From assembly GCA_027592325.1 (NCBI GenBank), contig JAQCKO010000001.1, forward strand, positions 20,247 through 84,246: a stretch of 64,000 nucleotides of DNA. The letters are read 5' to 3'. A model generated the notes under the pieces. The model was given only the letters and a program-made list of their open reading frames with translations. It was not told where the DNA came from and ran no database searches. Of this stretch, positions 38,320 through 48,493 are shown one piece after another; the first letter of the stretch is position 1; each line of letters begins with the position of its first letter. This DNA comes from a bacterium (GTDB taxonomy: Bacteria; Patescibacteriota; Patescibacteriia; UBA9934). The position numbers were made by a program, and so were the translations under genes.

Positions 38320-38768
38320 AATGTTGAGATGGTTCCGATGGCATTAATCGTCACCGCCACTGTTCGCGATGTATTCTCGTCTGTAATCGTCAGAGTTTGC
38401 GCCCCTGAAGCTGCATCGCCATTTCCGAAATCAAATCGTATGGTATTACCACCGCTATTTGAAATGGAAAGCTGGCCAGAAAGCGTATGTACTTCATCGT
38501 AATTTGTATCGCGTGATCCGTATGTTGCTCCTTTAAAAAGAGTATAGGATGTTGAATCGATCCGCACACTCCACATGTCATCTGATTCGCCATACATCGT
38601 CCTTAGCTGTGCTCTGCGTAATACTTCGATCAATCCATCCTCTGCTAGTTCAAGCTGATGGTTAGCGAATGCACGACCGGTGAGTGCCGTACTTATAACA
38701 GATAGCGTGGTAATGAGCGCGACCACGATAATGACCTCGACGAGGGTGAAGCCAAACTGTTTCGTCAT
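38316..38768 (-). CDS. Pseudopilin / minor pilin (GspH/FimT-like)
   Basis: 150 aa. MTKQFG|FTLVEVIIVVALI. Confidence 0.7.
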   Translation of the reverse strand: MTKQFGFTLVEVIIVVALITTLSVISTALTGRAFANHQLELAEDGLIEVLRRAQLRTMYGESDDMWSVRIDSTSYTLFKGATYGSRDTNYDEVHTLSGQLSISNSGGNTIRFDFGNGDAASGAQTLTITDENTSRTVAVTINAIGTISTL

Positions 38769-39859
38769 ATTGTGACACTGCCAGTGATTGAATAAATTGG
38801 CGTCAAAATAGAAAGTGCCAATAAGCCGACAAAAAGACCAAGCGCAATAAGGAGAACTGGTTCAATCATTGATGCAAGATTTTTCGATAAGACTTCTATA
38901 CGCTCCTCATAATAATCTGCCAAATAATTGAGTGTTGCTCCCAAATGCCCTGACCGCTCTCCGACTGCCGCCATACGCCTCAACATTTTCGGATACAATT
39001 TTGGGGCAATTTCCAAACTTTCCGACAGTGTCATGCCGGTTTTTACGCGTTCAAGTGCGCGCTTCGCCATCTGTTTATATGCGACATTCCCAAGCGCATC
39101 GCTCGTTACTTTAGTTGCCTCGACAATCGGCGTACCGCTCTCAAGTAGTGTTGAAAGGATTCGACAAAACCGTGCTCGCTGATAGTCGTTCACAAAGCTA
39201 TTGAGTCCTGGTATGTATAAATATGTTCTATCAATATACGGCCGTGCAAATGGCAGACGTGACAACATCACACTCCCAATCAAGACAGCAATCGTGAAAA
39301 CAGTAATAAGAAGGCCATGCCGATCAAAAAGGTTTGCCGTCCAGATAAGCGCACGTGTTGTAATTGGTAACTCAACATTAAGCGAAGTAAAAACATCGGT
39401 AATTTGTGGCAAAACAAAATTTGCTATTCCAAAAAACAAGGCAAGTGACGCAGTAAATACAAGTCCAGGGTAAAGCATAGACGATTGAACCTGTCGCTTA
39501 ATTTTCAAGTCACGCTCCATTTGAATAAATACACGCTCTAAATTCATTGCAAGGGTTCCAGACTGTTCTCCAATGATAATCGAGCTCACAATAAATGGCT
39601 TAAAAATACGTGGTTCAAGCTGTAATGCATCGCCTAGGCTCGCCCCTGCATGCACACGCTTTGATAGACGTTCTAAAACTGGTCGCAATGCACTCCGTTT
39701 GGGTGATTGATCAAAGAGAATATCAAGCGACTCCGGGAGCGTCAGTCCAGCAGAAAGCATAACGGACAAGTTTTTTAAAAACTGAACTAAGTCGACTCCT
39801 TTAACGCCTGTCGTTATTTGAAATGCGAGAATCTTTTTAAGCAGGGTTTTGTTCGCCAT
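38765..39859 (-). CDS. pilC: Type IV pilus platform protein PilC (GspF family)
   Basis: 364 aa. Two GspF repeats with 3 TM. 4-nt overlaps on both sides. Confidence 0.85.
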   Translation of the reverse strand: MANKTLLKKILAFQITTGVKGVDLVQFLKNLSVMLSAGLTLPESLDILFDQSPKRSALRPVLERLSKRVHAGASLGDALQLEPRIFKPFIVSSIIIGEQSGTLAMNLERVFIQMERDLKIKRQVQSSMLYPGLVFTASLALFFGIANFVLPQITDVFTSLNVELPITTRALIWTANLFDRHGLLITVFTIAVLIGSVMLSRLPFARPYIDRTYLYIPGLNSFVNDYQRARFCRILSTLLESGTPIVEATKVTSDALGNVAYKQMAKRALERVKTGMTLSESLEIAPKLYPKMLRRMAAVGERSGHLGATLNYLADYYEERIEVLSKNLASMIEPVLLIALGLFVGLLALSILTPIYSITGSVTI

Positions 39860-39860
39860 A

Positions 39861-41552
39861 CTACTTCGTTACGCGCAATACTTCTTCAAGTGCAGTCACA
39901 CCAGCAAGCGCCTGCTCGACGCCATGCTGAAGCATCGTCACCATTCCTTCCTGAATAGCCACCTCTTGTATTTCATCACTGTTTTTTTGCTGCATGATTG
40001 CAACGCGTACGGCATCAGTTACTTCAAGGATTTCAAAAATCCCAACGCGACCACGGAATCCTGTTTGACCACAAACTGGACACCCTTTTGCATGAAAAAG
40101 CCTTAATTCTGCGAACGGGCGACCAGCAAGCTGCTTTTCGATTGCCGCCTTCACCTCTGGACGTGATTCGATCAATTGCAACTCTTCAGCACTAGCTTGC
40201 TTACTGTACAAACATTTTCTACATAGCTGCCTCACAAGTCGCTGTGCAACGACACCAATCATTGTTGAGCTGATCAAAAACTCCTCTACCGACATATCGC
40301 GAAGTCTTGGAAAAGCGGTTGCCGCATTGTTTGTATGAAGCGTTGAAAGCACTAAATGGCCTGTCAGTGCTGCGTTAACGGCAATATCGGCTGTTTCTGA
40401 ATCACGAATTTCTCCGACCATAATAATATCGGGGTCTTGACGCACAATTGAACGTAACCCTTTTGCAAATGTCAGCTTTGTTTTTTCATTGACTTGAATT
40501 TGATTTACCCCATCAATATCGTACTCTACAGGATCTTCAATGGTCGAAATATTGACATTGCGTTTATTGAGCATTTTTACGCCAGCATACAATGTCGTCG
40601 TTTTACCACTCCCCGTCGGTCCGGTGACTAAAATCATTCCCCATGGTTTCTTAATTGCATCCGCGAACAAGTCAAGTTCCCGAGTGTGGAATCCCAAATC
40701 ACGTAAGCTAAATTGTCGTGAACGCTCAGAAAGCAGTCGCATCACGACTTTTTCTCCGTCAGTGACAGGGACAATTGAAACACGAATTTCAATATCTTCC
40801 TTTCGCTTTGATTCATACGATATCTTTCCGTCAAGGGCGGACTGATGTTCATCAGTTGGTAATCGAGATAACACTTTTATACGCGTCACCATATGGTCGT
40901 GCAGTTTTTTCGGCACGGTCACGACATCGTGCAATAATCCATCAACTCGAAAACGTACTAAGGTCTCTTCATCCTCTGGTTCAATATGTACGTCTGATGC
41001 TCTCGCTTGGTACGCACGTTCTATAAGTTCCTCAACCAACTGAATGACAGCCTGACCGGAAGCATCGATATCTTTTCCACCTGCACGCTCAATATAATCT
41101 GCAAGGACCGTCTCTGCATCCTTTTCAAAAAGGTGATAATGCGATGTTAAATCTCGCGGCGTAACAAATACGTAACGAATTTCATGCCGAGTAAATTTTT
41201 CAAGAAGACTTTTTGTCTCTAGATCGCCAGGATGTGAGGTTGCAACGCGTATAAATCCTTCATGCAATTGAAGCGGAAAGACATGATTCGCCCTTGCAAA
41301 ACTTTCAGGAATAAGCCGAAGAACGTTACGATCAACCTGAAAATCTGCAAGCTCTAAAAACGGTACACTTAACATATCGGCAATTAATTGTCCTATTTGA
41401 CGATCTTCAAGAGCATCTGATTCAACTAAAACAGTGTAAAGATCCTTTTGTTCTTTTTTTGCCGTTTCACTTGCAGCAGTGAAGGTCTCTTCCGTAACTG
41501 CTCCAGACGTTACAAGTGCTTTTTTGTATTGTTCCTCCGAAAGTAATGACAT
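39861..41552 (-). CDS. pilB: Type IV pilus assembly ATPase PilB (GspE family)
   Basis: 563 aa. Walker A LVTGPTGSGKTTT, Asp box, His box, and a tetracysteine motif CPVCGQTGFRGRVGIFE. Confidence 0.9.
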   Translation of the reverse strand: MSLLSEEQYKKALVTSGAVTEETFTAASETAKKEQKDLYTVLVESDALEDRQIGQLIADMLSVPFLELADFQVDRNVLRLIPESFARANHVFPLQLHEGFIRVATSHPGDLETKSLLEKFTRHEIRYVFVTPRDLTSHYHLFEKDAETVLADYIERAGGKDIDASGQAVIQLVEELIERAYQARASDVHIEPEDEETLVRFRVDGLLHDVVTVPKKLHDHMVTRIKVLSRLPTDEHQSALDGKISYESKRKEDIEIRVSIVPVTDGEKVVMRLLSERSRQFSLRDLGFHTRELDLFADAIKKPWGMILVTGPTGSGKTTTLYAGVKMLNKRNVNISTIEDPVEYDIDGVNQIQVNEKTKLTFAKGLRSIVRQDPDIIMVGEIRDSETADIAVNAALTGHLVLSTLHTNNAATAFPRLRDMSVEEFLISSTMIGVVAQRLVRQLCRKCLYSKQASAEELQLIESRPEVKAAIEKQLAGRPFAELRLFHAKGCPVCGQTGFRGRVGIFEILEVTDAVRVAIMQQKNSDEIQEVAIQEGMVTMLQHGVEQALAGVTALEEVLRVTK

Positions 41553-41917
41553 TAGGCGAGTTCCGCTTTGATTTTGTCGATCACATCTCCAATAGATGTA
41601 TCTGATTTCACAATAAAATCTTTTGCGCCGAGTTCTTTTGCCCGAGCCATATCTTCATCTTGTCCAAGATTTGACAGCACATAAACAGGAATAGTGTTTA
41701 GATCACTATCTGCAGACATTGCTTCAAGTACTCCAAATCCATCGAGCTTTGGCATGATAAGATCGAGTAAAATGAGTTTTGGACGAGCGCCTCGCATCAT
41801 TTCAAGCCCCATTTCTCCGTCAACAGCAAACTCTGCATCAATCCCTTCGTTTTTGAGCTTCGTACTGTAAATTTTTGAGAGGAATTTATCGTCCTCAATA
41901 ATCAACACTTGAGCCAT
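41552..41917 (-). CDS. Stand-alone CheY-like response regulator receiver
   Basis: Start at MAQVLIIEDD. Phospho-acceptor Asp in LLDLIMP. Its stop overlaps the pilB ATG (TAATG). Confidence 0.75.
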   Translation of the reverse strand: MAQVLIIEDDKFLSKIYSTKLKNEGIDAEFAVDGEMGLEMMRGARPKLILLDLIMPKLDGFGVLEAMSADSDLNTIPVYVLSNLGQDEDMARAKELGAKDFIVKSDTSIGDVIDKIKAELA

Positions 41918-41939
41918 ACTAACTTCATTATACCATTTT

Positions 41940-43634
41940 TTACCACGATCCACCTCCGCCTCCACCAAAACCACCCCCAGAGACTCCCCCACCAGATGAA
42001 CCGCTTGACGTCGGAGCGGCCGCAGATGCAATACTTGTCGTAACCGCGCTGAGATCATTCAAGACGGTCAAAGCACCGTACTGTACTCCATTTGCATGAA
42101 CCCATTCCGGAGTTTTGACGTTGATATCCTTGAATACGTTCGCCCATTTATGCGTAAGTTTAAACGCGATCGCGTAGGGAAGCATTGTTGTAAATAATTG
42201 TTCATCTTCTTCAAATTTAGCACGATATGTTTCTGCTGTTTCTAAATAGAGTTTGAATCCGAGCAATCTTCTCACCAATTCATTACCAGCTGGCGTACGC
42301 TTTGGCATCAATACTCCAAAACAGACGGTCAAGAGCCCTGAAAACACTGATGTCACAATCAATAAACTCCCATATACGGTCCCGCCAAAAAATGTACCCA
42401 TGACAAATATCGCCATGCCCACCAGCATAAAGACAATCACATGTCTGTGACTATTTTTTGTGAAGATATCGGCGTTGTCTATTGCCTGTTTTAGCTTCGG
42501 TTTCACTTGTGTTTCTATTTTTTCTGCGCCGTTTTTTTTGAATGCAGCGAGCGTAACCGTTTCACGTTCGGAAAACAACAGATCAAAAAGCGCTTTATGC
42601 GCAGAATCAAGTCCTTCCCCGTCGCGTTTTTTTACAAAATGTAATTTGGTTTCAGGAATTCGCTTAGATGTATGCTCATCAACAACAATCGTCAGGTACC
42701 CGCTTGAAGCAAGGGTAATAATCATGACAGAAATATCATGAGAGACTACTCCCGTGCGCGTAAACATTCCTGCATATGTTGGCAGTAAATCGTTAGGGGA
42801 TTCGTACTCTGCAATAATGGTATGCATTCTAGGGTCTCGGCCATGTCTGAACCAAAACCATACGACAAAGAATATCCAAATAAGGGGCATTGCTGCGAGC
42901 CAATTATCTTCTAGAAACCACGTCAAACGCTCGGAACCCAAAGGCTCTCTCACAATACCTTTTGTGAACCCAATCGCTATTGTCCCAAATCCATCACCGG
43001 TAAAAATAGCCCCCTGATCAAGAGCATCTTCCGACGTTTTTTCTATTGTACAGTTTTGTTCCTTAGAGCCGAATGTCCCCGTATAACAACTTTCCTCAAG
43101 CGAATATGCTCCTTCTGGCAATCTTACCGACCCACTAAACATACTTACAGGCACCTCCCACTCTTCCCCTGTCACATTCCAGTAGAATTCATCTTTGTCC
43201 TCTAAGTAGAGAAGCGCCCTGTCAACGGTATAAAAAATTGTGTAATTGTGTTGCCGCTGAGTAAGGTAGACGTCCGGGTCTCCGATTTTAATGCGTACAT
43301 AGCGTCCTGCGCGAGAAATTTCGAACGGAACTTCCTTTCCATCCATATATACCGCATACACATCTAGTTCAATACGTTGTCTATTTCCAAATTGATCCGT
43401 GTAACGGAATGGAATATCCCGAAATATGCCATGTTTCATTGATCCTTCAAAGAAATTCGTAGCTATTTCTTCTCGCACCGAAATTGTCGCGTCTTCATGT
43501 ATCTCAATATCAACATGCATCCGATCAATCGCCCAGCTACCCGAAGAAGGCTGTGCGTCTACAAGTCGCGGAAAAAGAAAACTACTCGAGGAACAGATTA
43601 CGATTAACAATATGACCTTCCAGTGTTTCTGCAT
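41940..43634 (-). CDS. DUF2207-family membrane protein with a Gly-rich C-terminal tail
   Basis: 564 aa. Signal peptide, large N-terminal domain, 3 TM, and a C-terminal SSGSSGGGVSGGGFGGGGGGSW tail. Confidence 0.6.
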   Translation of the reverse strand: MQKHWKVILLIVICSSSSFLFPRLVDAQPSSGSWAIDRMHVDIEIHEDATISVREEIATNFFEGSMKHGIFRDIPFRYTDQFGNRQRIELDVYAVYMDGKEVPFEISRAGRYVRIKIGDPDVYLTQRQHNYTIFYTVDRALLYLEDKDEFYWNVTGEEWEVPVSMFSGSVRLPEGAYSLEESCYTGTFGSKEQNCTIEKTSEDALDQGAIFTGDGFGTIAIGFTKGIVREPLGSERLTWFLEDNWLAAMPLIWIFFVVWFWFRHGRDPRMHTIIAEYESPNDLLPTYAGMFTRTGVVSHDISVMIITLASSGYLTIVVDEHTSKRIPETKLHFVKKRDGEGLDSAHKALFDLLFSERETVTLAAFKKNGAEKIETQVKPKLKQAIDNADIFTKNSHRHVIVFMLVGMAIFVMGTFFGGTVYGSLLIVTSVFSGLLTVCFGVLMPKRTPAGNELVRRLLGFKLYLETAETYRAKFEEDEQLFTTMLPYAIAFKLTHKWANVFKDINVKTPEWVHANGVQYGALTVLNDLSAVTTSIASAAAPTSSGSSGGGVSGGGFGGGGGGSW

Positions 43635-44574
43635 ATTTAGGCTCTCCGGCGGGAGTTGTTAAGAAAAAGAAGTAATTATGTGATGTCGGATTTGCAACAG
43701 CTTGAAGCGCATCTAAGCCTGGAGAGGCGACTGGCCCCGGCGGAAGGCCCGTATTACGATACGTATTATAGGCAGATTCAACCGCTAAATCATCGAAACT
43801 TGGTCGAGTTGTCTTTTTGCCAGTGACATAATTTACCGTTGCATCAGATTGGAGCGCCATACCAATTTCGAGACGGTTAAAGAAGATTCCTGCAACAATT
43901 TCCATTTGGTCGGACGTTAATACTTCTCGCTGCACAATAGATGCAAGTGTGATCGAGTCATGCAGACTCAGATTTGGGTGTATCACAACCCGCTCCTGCA
44001 TTGTATCAAGCAATGTTTTTGCGACATCTTCTGCTGTTGCTGATGTGAAAAATCGATAGGTATCTGGAAAGAAATATCCTTCAAGAGAAGGAAGATCCGC
44101 TACTTCTTCTGCGCGGACGATGAGTGGATGATCTGAGAATGGACCAGGGAGCTCAGTTGCCGCCCGCCATTTCTCCTGAGAGATGCCAGAAATAGCCGCA
44201 AGCTCCTCACCAATTTGCTTCATCGTATAGCCTTCTGGAATCGTCAGAGTAAATTCTTCCCTTGCCTGCGTGCTGCTCAGAATATCTGTAATGGTCTTAT
44301 ACGATGCTCCGCGTGGCAACGAAAACACCCCTGCGTGTAATTCTGAAGACCGGCCAGAAAGCCGCAAATAGACCTTGTACCAAAATGTATTATTCACAAT
44401 GCGCTGATCACCAAGTTCTCCCGCAATCGCACGCGCGCTTGTGCCTGAGGCAATCTCAAGTTGCACCGTATCTGACGAAGCACCACGTAGCCATGTATTC
44501 CAAACAAAACTCGTGGCTATTGGGAGACTTATGAGCAAAAGGAGAACGAATAGAGACGTAAGAATTGTTTTCAT
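43582..44574 (-). CDS. mltG: Endolytic murein transglycosylase MltG (YceG-like); start at internal MKTILTSL
   Basis: N-terminal TM plus YceG domain (...GVFSLPRGASYKTITDIL...EGYFFPDTY...). Confidence 0.8.
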   Translation of the reverse strand: MKTILTSLFVLLLLISLPIATSFVWNTWLRGASSDTVQLEIASGTSARAIAGELGDQRIVNNTFWYKVYLRLSGRSSELHAGVFSLPRGASYKTITDILSSTQAREEFTLTIPEGYTMKQIGEELAAISGISQEKWRAATELPGPFSDHPLIVRAEEVADLPSLEGYFFPDTYRFFTSATAEDVAKTLLDTMQERVVIHPNLSLHDSITLASIVQREVLTSDQMEIVAGIFFNRLEIGMALQSDATVNYVTGKKTTRPSFDDLAVESAYNTYRNTGLPPGPVASPGLDALQAVANPTSHNYFFFLTTPAGEPKYAETLEGHIVNRNLFLE

Positions 44575-45068
44575 AGAATCAACATCAGGATTGAAATCAA
44601 GCTTCCTAAAATGAAGCCAGCAAGAACATCTGACACATAATGAACACCTGTAAATAAGCGTGAAGCGGCAATGAACCCGGCAACAATAGCGAAAAGCAAA
44701 ACATACCAAGAAACTGCGGCAACATTTGAAATGATGAATAGATGCGAGAGCGTTGCTGATGCTGCGAAACTCGCAGCGGTATGTGTAGAGGGAAAACTAT
44801 ACGTATGAACCCAAAGATCGAACGTTGCTTCGGTACGCGGGCGCGGTCGCTTCACGAAATATTGAAGACAGAGCGCAATAACACTTGGAATGAATACGGC
44901 AAAAAACATTCCAATGAGCTGCGATGCATCTTGCAAAATGAGAACAAGTGCCAAATAAACGAGCAAGTAAAAATACAGGCCAAACCTGGCCACAAAAAAC
45001 CAAAATGGACGAAACGCCCCTCCTGCATTGTAGAAGCCTTCCGAAAGGCGCTGATCAATATTCTTCAC
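44571..45068 (-). CDS. PAP2-family phosphatase (undecaprenyl-diphosphatase-like)
   Basis: 165 aa. YSFPSTHTAASFA (PSGH motif) and VHYVSDVLAG (SRxxxxxHxxxD-like). Confidence 0.75.
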   Translation of the reverse strand: MKNIDQRLSEGFYNAGGAFRPFWFFVARFGLYFYLLVYLALVLILQDASQLIGMFFAVFIPSVIALCLQYFVKRPRPRTEATFDLWVHTYSFPSTHTAASFAASATLSHLFIISNVAAVSWYVLLFAIVAGFIAASRLFTGVHYVSDVLAGFILGSLISILMLIL

Positions 45069-45085
45069 AGGATGATTGTAGCAAA

Positions 45086-45862
45086 TTACGGCAACTTTTT
45101 CACAGACTTCTGAAGCCGTTTCATCTCGGCACGTTTTTCTTCTATTCCGGCCATAATCTTGTCTGCATGCTTTGGACGTTCAAGGTTTTTTTGCGTATAG
45201 GGACAGGCATCGGCAATGGGACATGCCCAGCAGCGTGGATTTTTTATACAGATATACCGTCCAAATGGCACAAACACCTGATTTACAATACGTTTATTCT
45301 CGTCTGGAATAAGCTCAAGAAGTTGTGTCTCGGTTGATGCAGGTGTGTGAGATTTCACCCATCCAAGACGTTTTGTGACCCGATGGACATGCGTATCAAC
45401 GGCAATTGCAGGCTTGTTAAATGCATACGGTAAGAGAACACTAGCCGTTTTACGTCCAACCCCTGGAAGCTGTATCAATTCCTCCATAGTCTTCGGCACT
45501 TCCCCGCCAAATGTATCGCAGAGCATAATGCCAAGTGCCACCAAATGCGTTGCTTTTTGACGAAACATACCAATGCTTGAGATATACGGAAGAATCTCTT
45601 CTTTTGATGCCCCTGCAAGCGCATGTGCGTCGGGAAATCGATCAAATAATGCCGGTAGTAGTTTCAAGACCTGTTCATCCCGCGTTCTTGCAGAAAGAAG
45701 AACAGCTACCAAACATTGATAGCTATTTCCAATCGCAAGCCCGCCCTGTTCTGGAAACGCCTTTTTCAGTCGATTAAGAACGTCGATCACGATTTCTTGT
45801 TGATTCTCGCTTCGATTGATTCCTGCCTTGGCAGGAATGACGAATTTCTGATGCTGAGCCAT
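45086..45862 (-). CDS. nth: Endonuclease III (HhH-GPD with 4Fe-4S cluster) carrying a ~40-aa basic C-terminal extension
   Basis: LLSARTRDE ... LPGVGRKTASVLL ... CxxxxxxCxxCxxxxxC (CIKNPRCWACPIADACPY). Confidence 0.85.
   Translation of the reverse strand: MAQHQKFVIPAKAGINRSENQQEIVIDVLNRLKKAFPEQGGLAIGNSYQCLVAVLLSARTRDEQVLKLLPALFDRFPDAHALAGASKEEILPYISSIGMFRQKATHLVALGIMLCDTFGGEVPKTMEELIQLPGVGRKTASVLLPYAFNKPAIAVDTHVHRVTKRLGWVKSHTPASTETQLLELIPDENKRIVNQVFVPFGRYICIKNPRCWACPIADACPYTQKNLERPKHADKIMAGIEEKRAEMKRLQKSVKKLP
45818..45855. repeat. H1 hairpin repeat copy (GATTCCTGCCTTGGCAGGAATGA) plus partial R2 (CGAATTTCTGATG)
   Basis: See the repeat families. Confidence 0.6.
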
Positions 45863-45919
45863 GCCCCGAGCTTATCATCTTCGCATCAAACCTCCAACGT
45901 CACACCTGAACCTGTTCTA

Positions 45920-46777
45920 TTACGACCTACAGTAGACACGCTGTTCCTTGTATCGATGGTACTCAATCCCTTCATCTGCATCACCCGACTCACGAGGCTG
46001 ATAGACGAATACATTGACGCATTTTTGATCAACCCATTCAATGCGCGCTCCACCAGCTCCGCCAAGACCACCGTAATACTCAGAAAAATATTCCTCATCT
46101 TCGGTTAATTCTCCGACTGTCTCACGCTCCCCCGTCAGGAGATTCATGACGACGACATTCGGATTCCCCTCATGCGCGCTCGGATTATCGTACACATACA
46201 CAACCCACTCTTCTGTTGGACTCACCGCATGAGAACCAAACATTGGCGAAGAATTTTCAAAAATTGCATCCTCAACAATCGTACCTGTTTCTACGTCTAA
46301 ATAGGCTAGCTGTACATTCGGGACCTCGCCTTCAGGTATTTTACGCACAATCACACGACCATCGTAATTAAGTTGAGGTACCGCATACAATTGGTGTGCA
46401 GCATCGCCACGAGTAGCGCGATGAACAGCAACCTCATCTCCTGTTTCACGGTCAATCATGTAGATACCTGATGCATAATCACCTGAAAAAAGCGGTCCGT
46501 TATAGAAAAGTGGAGGTACTGTACTGAGACGCTGTTTGTATGTTTCCATCGTGTTGTCAAGCCGTTTTTGATACTCTGCCTGTAATTCGGCCTCGGCTGT
46601 AAGTGAATCAGCCGCCATATCGCGCTGACGAAGAAAAACAAATACAAGTAGAGCCAGTGCGGCAAGTACAAGGATAAATAATACAACGAAAAGTCCGGTA
46701 GAGGCATGGCCATGTCGGCGTAAATGTTCAGGTGACGGCATAGGTACACCAGCAGGTCGTTTGAGTTCTTCAGGCAT
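45920..46777 (-). CDS. Hypothetical N-terminally anchored protein (probable beta-rich extracytoplasmic domain)
   Basis: 285 aa, one TM near the N-terminus. Confidence 0.45.
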   Translation of the reverse strand: MPEELKRPAGVPMPSPEHLRRHGHASTGLFVVLFILVLAALALLVFVFLRQRDMAADSLTAEAELQAEYQKRLDNTMETYKQRLSTVPPLFYNGPLFSGDYASGIYMIDRETGDEVAVHRATRGDAAHQLYAVPQLNYDGRVIVRKIPEGEVPNVQLAYLDVETGTIVEDAIFENSSPMFGSHAVSPTEEWVVYVYDNPSAHEGNPNVVVMNLLTGERETVGELTEDEEYFSEYYGGLGGAGGARIEWVDQKCVNVFVYQPRESGDADEGIEYHRYKEQRVYCRS

Positions 46778-46818
46778 ATAAGCGTGATTAATGAAAAGTG
46801 ATTAGGGTTATAGCTTCG

Positions 46819-46882
46819 ATGTTCGAACGGACAACACAGCTCACCTTATCTCGTGGCTCAAATCTGCTGTGTTGTCGAACAT
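46819..46882 (-). other. Long imperfect hairpin (17-22 bp stem, ~25-nt loop) abutting the gpmI stop codon
   Basis: ATGTTCGAACGGACAACACAGC ... GCTGTGTTGTCGAACAT. No U-tract follows. Confidence 0.4.
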
Positions 46883-48471
46883 TATAACAAACTGGTTCCT
46901 GTCATCTGCGGAGGCTTCTTAATCCCCATCGATTCGAGAATTGTCGGTGCAATATCAGCAAGCATGCCAACGGGTGGTAACATCGACAGATCCCCGTTTG
47001 GGACATCGCCAGAAAGTCCTGGCCGACCTTCTAAATGATTCGCAATCACCCAAAATGGAACTGGATTCGTGCTATGTTCTTTGTCACGCTCCCCTGTCTG
47101 TACATTCATCACCTCTTCCGCATTTCCATGATCCGCCGTAATAAACACCACTCCATTTTTCTCAAGTGTTTTTTTTACAATTGTTCCAAGACATTCATCG
47201 GTAACTTTCATTGCCTCAAGCGTGGCTTCATAATTTCCTGTATGCGCAACCATGTCCGGATTCGCGAAATTAATCGCTATAAAATCGTAATTGTCTGTTT
47301 CAATTTGGCGCACAACTTCTGCCGTCATTTCTCGCGCTGACATCTCTGGTTGTTCATCGTAGTTTGCAACATTTGGTGATGGAATAATTTTTCGGTCCTC
47401 GGCCGGAAATGGTTTTTCATGCGCCCCATTCAAGAAAAACGTTACATGAGCATATTTTTCTGTTTCTGCAATGTGCAATTGCGTCATTCCTGCTTTTGAA
47501 ATCACCTCTGCAAGCGTATTTTCAAGAAACACCGGTGGATACGCGACGGTAACCGGAAGTCCCGTTTCATATTCAGTCATGGTGATAAACGGGACATTTT
47601 TCATGTAAGCACGATCAAACGCGTCAAAGCCTGGCATCACAAATGCCTTCGTTATTTGCCGCGCACGGTCAGGACGAAAGTTAAAGAAGATTACCACATC
47701 TCCTTCATTGACGGTTGCAATGGGTTTGCCGCGTTTGGTCATGACGGTTGGCAAAAATTGCTCATCATACACCTCTTTGGCGTACGATGCCTTAATCGCT
47801 TCTATTGGATCTTCCGCTACCACTGCTGACTCCCCAAGCGCAATGGCACGATACGCTCTTTGCGTGCGGTCCCAGCGCGTATCCCTATCCATTGCATAGT
47901 AACGGCCTGAAAGGGTTGCAATCTCCCCAATGCCAATATCATCCATCTGTGTGATGAGTTCTGAAACAAATTCAAGGCCTGAATTATAAAGGGTATCACG
48001 ACCGTCAAGAATTGGATGCACGGCAACACGCTTGAGGCGTTTTTTCTTCGCCATGCGTAAAATTTCATAGCAATGCCGATTCGCTCCATGCACATTCCCA
48101 GACGACATAATACCCATCACATGCAGCGTGCCCTTGGTTTGCTTCACATGCTTCAATGCTGAAAGGATCGCCTCATTCTCGTAAAAGGCGCGCGATTCAA
48201 TATCACGTTCAATCCGAGGAAGCGACTGATAGTAAACGCGACCAGCTCCAATGGTCAAATGACCTACTTGTGAGTTTCCCATCTCGCCCCACATGAGTCC
48301 GACAGTCTCCCCCGATGCCCGCAACGTCATGGTTGGATAGCGCTTGATAAAACTGTCGATATTGGGTGTTTTTGCTCGTGTAACCGCATTGCCCTCTCCA
48401 TCTGGCGCAACACCAAGCCCGTCACAAACAATTAATACTGCCGGTCGTGGACGTTGATTTGCATTTGACAT
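46882..48471 (-). CDS. gpmI: 2,3-bisphosphoglycerate-independent phosphoglycerate mutase
   Basis: 529 aa. N-terminal VLIVCDGLG. iPGM metalloenzyme architecture. Confidence 0.9.
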   Translation of the reverse strand: MSNANQRPRPAVLIVCDGLGVAPDGEGNAVTRAKTPNIDSFIKRYPTMTLRASGETVGLMWGEMGNSQVGHLTIGAGRVYYQSLPRIERDIESRAFYENEAILSALKHVKQTKGTLHVMGIMSSGNVHGANRHCYEILRMAKKKRLKRVAVHPILDGRDTLYNSGLEFVSELITQMDDIGIGEIATLSGRYYAMDRDTRWDRTQRAYRAIALGESAVVAEDPIEAIKASYAKEVYDEQFLPTVMTKRGKPIATVNEGDVVIFFNFRPDRARQITKAFVMPGFDAFDRAYMKNVPFITMTEYETGLPVTVAYPPVFLENTLAEVISKAGMTQLHIAETEKYAHVTFFLNGAHEKPFPAEDRKIIPSPNVANYDEQPEMSAREMTAEVVRQIETDNYDFIAINFANPDMVAHTGNYEATLEAMKVTDECLGTIVKKTLEKNGVVFITADHGNAEEVMNVQTGERDKEHSTNPVPFWVIANHLEGRPGLSGDVPNGDLSMLPPVGMLADIAPTILESMGIKKPPQMTGTSLL

Positions 48472-48493
48472 ACGGGGGCATTATACAGGTTTC

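Noticed and set aside
35498-38593. Multiple 60-90 aa ORFs on both strands inside the 941-aa pilin-propeller gene and neighbouring pilin genes
   Set aside because: Shadow ORFs within a repeat-rich, compositionally biased coding region. They are nested within a long continuous ORF that carries a clear prepilin N-terminus.
41552-42058. Full 168-aa version of the response-regulator ORF
   Set aside because: The N-terminal 47 codons would overlap the DUF2207 gene end and have no receiver-domain homology. The internal Met at 41917 gives a canonical 121-aa REC domain.
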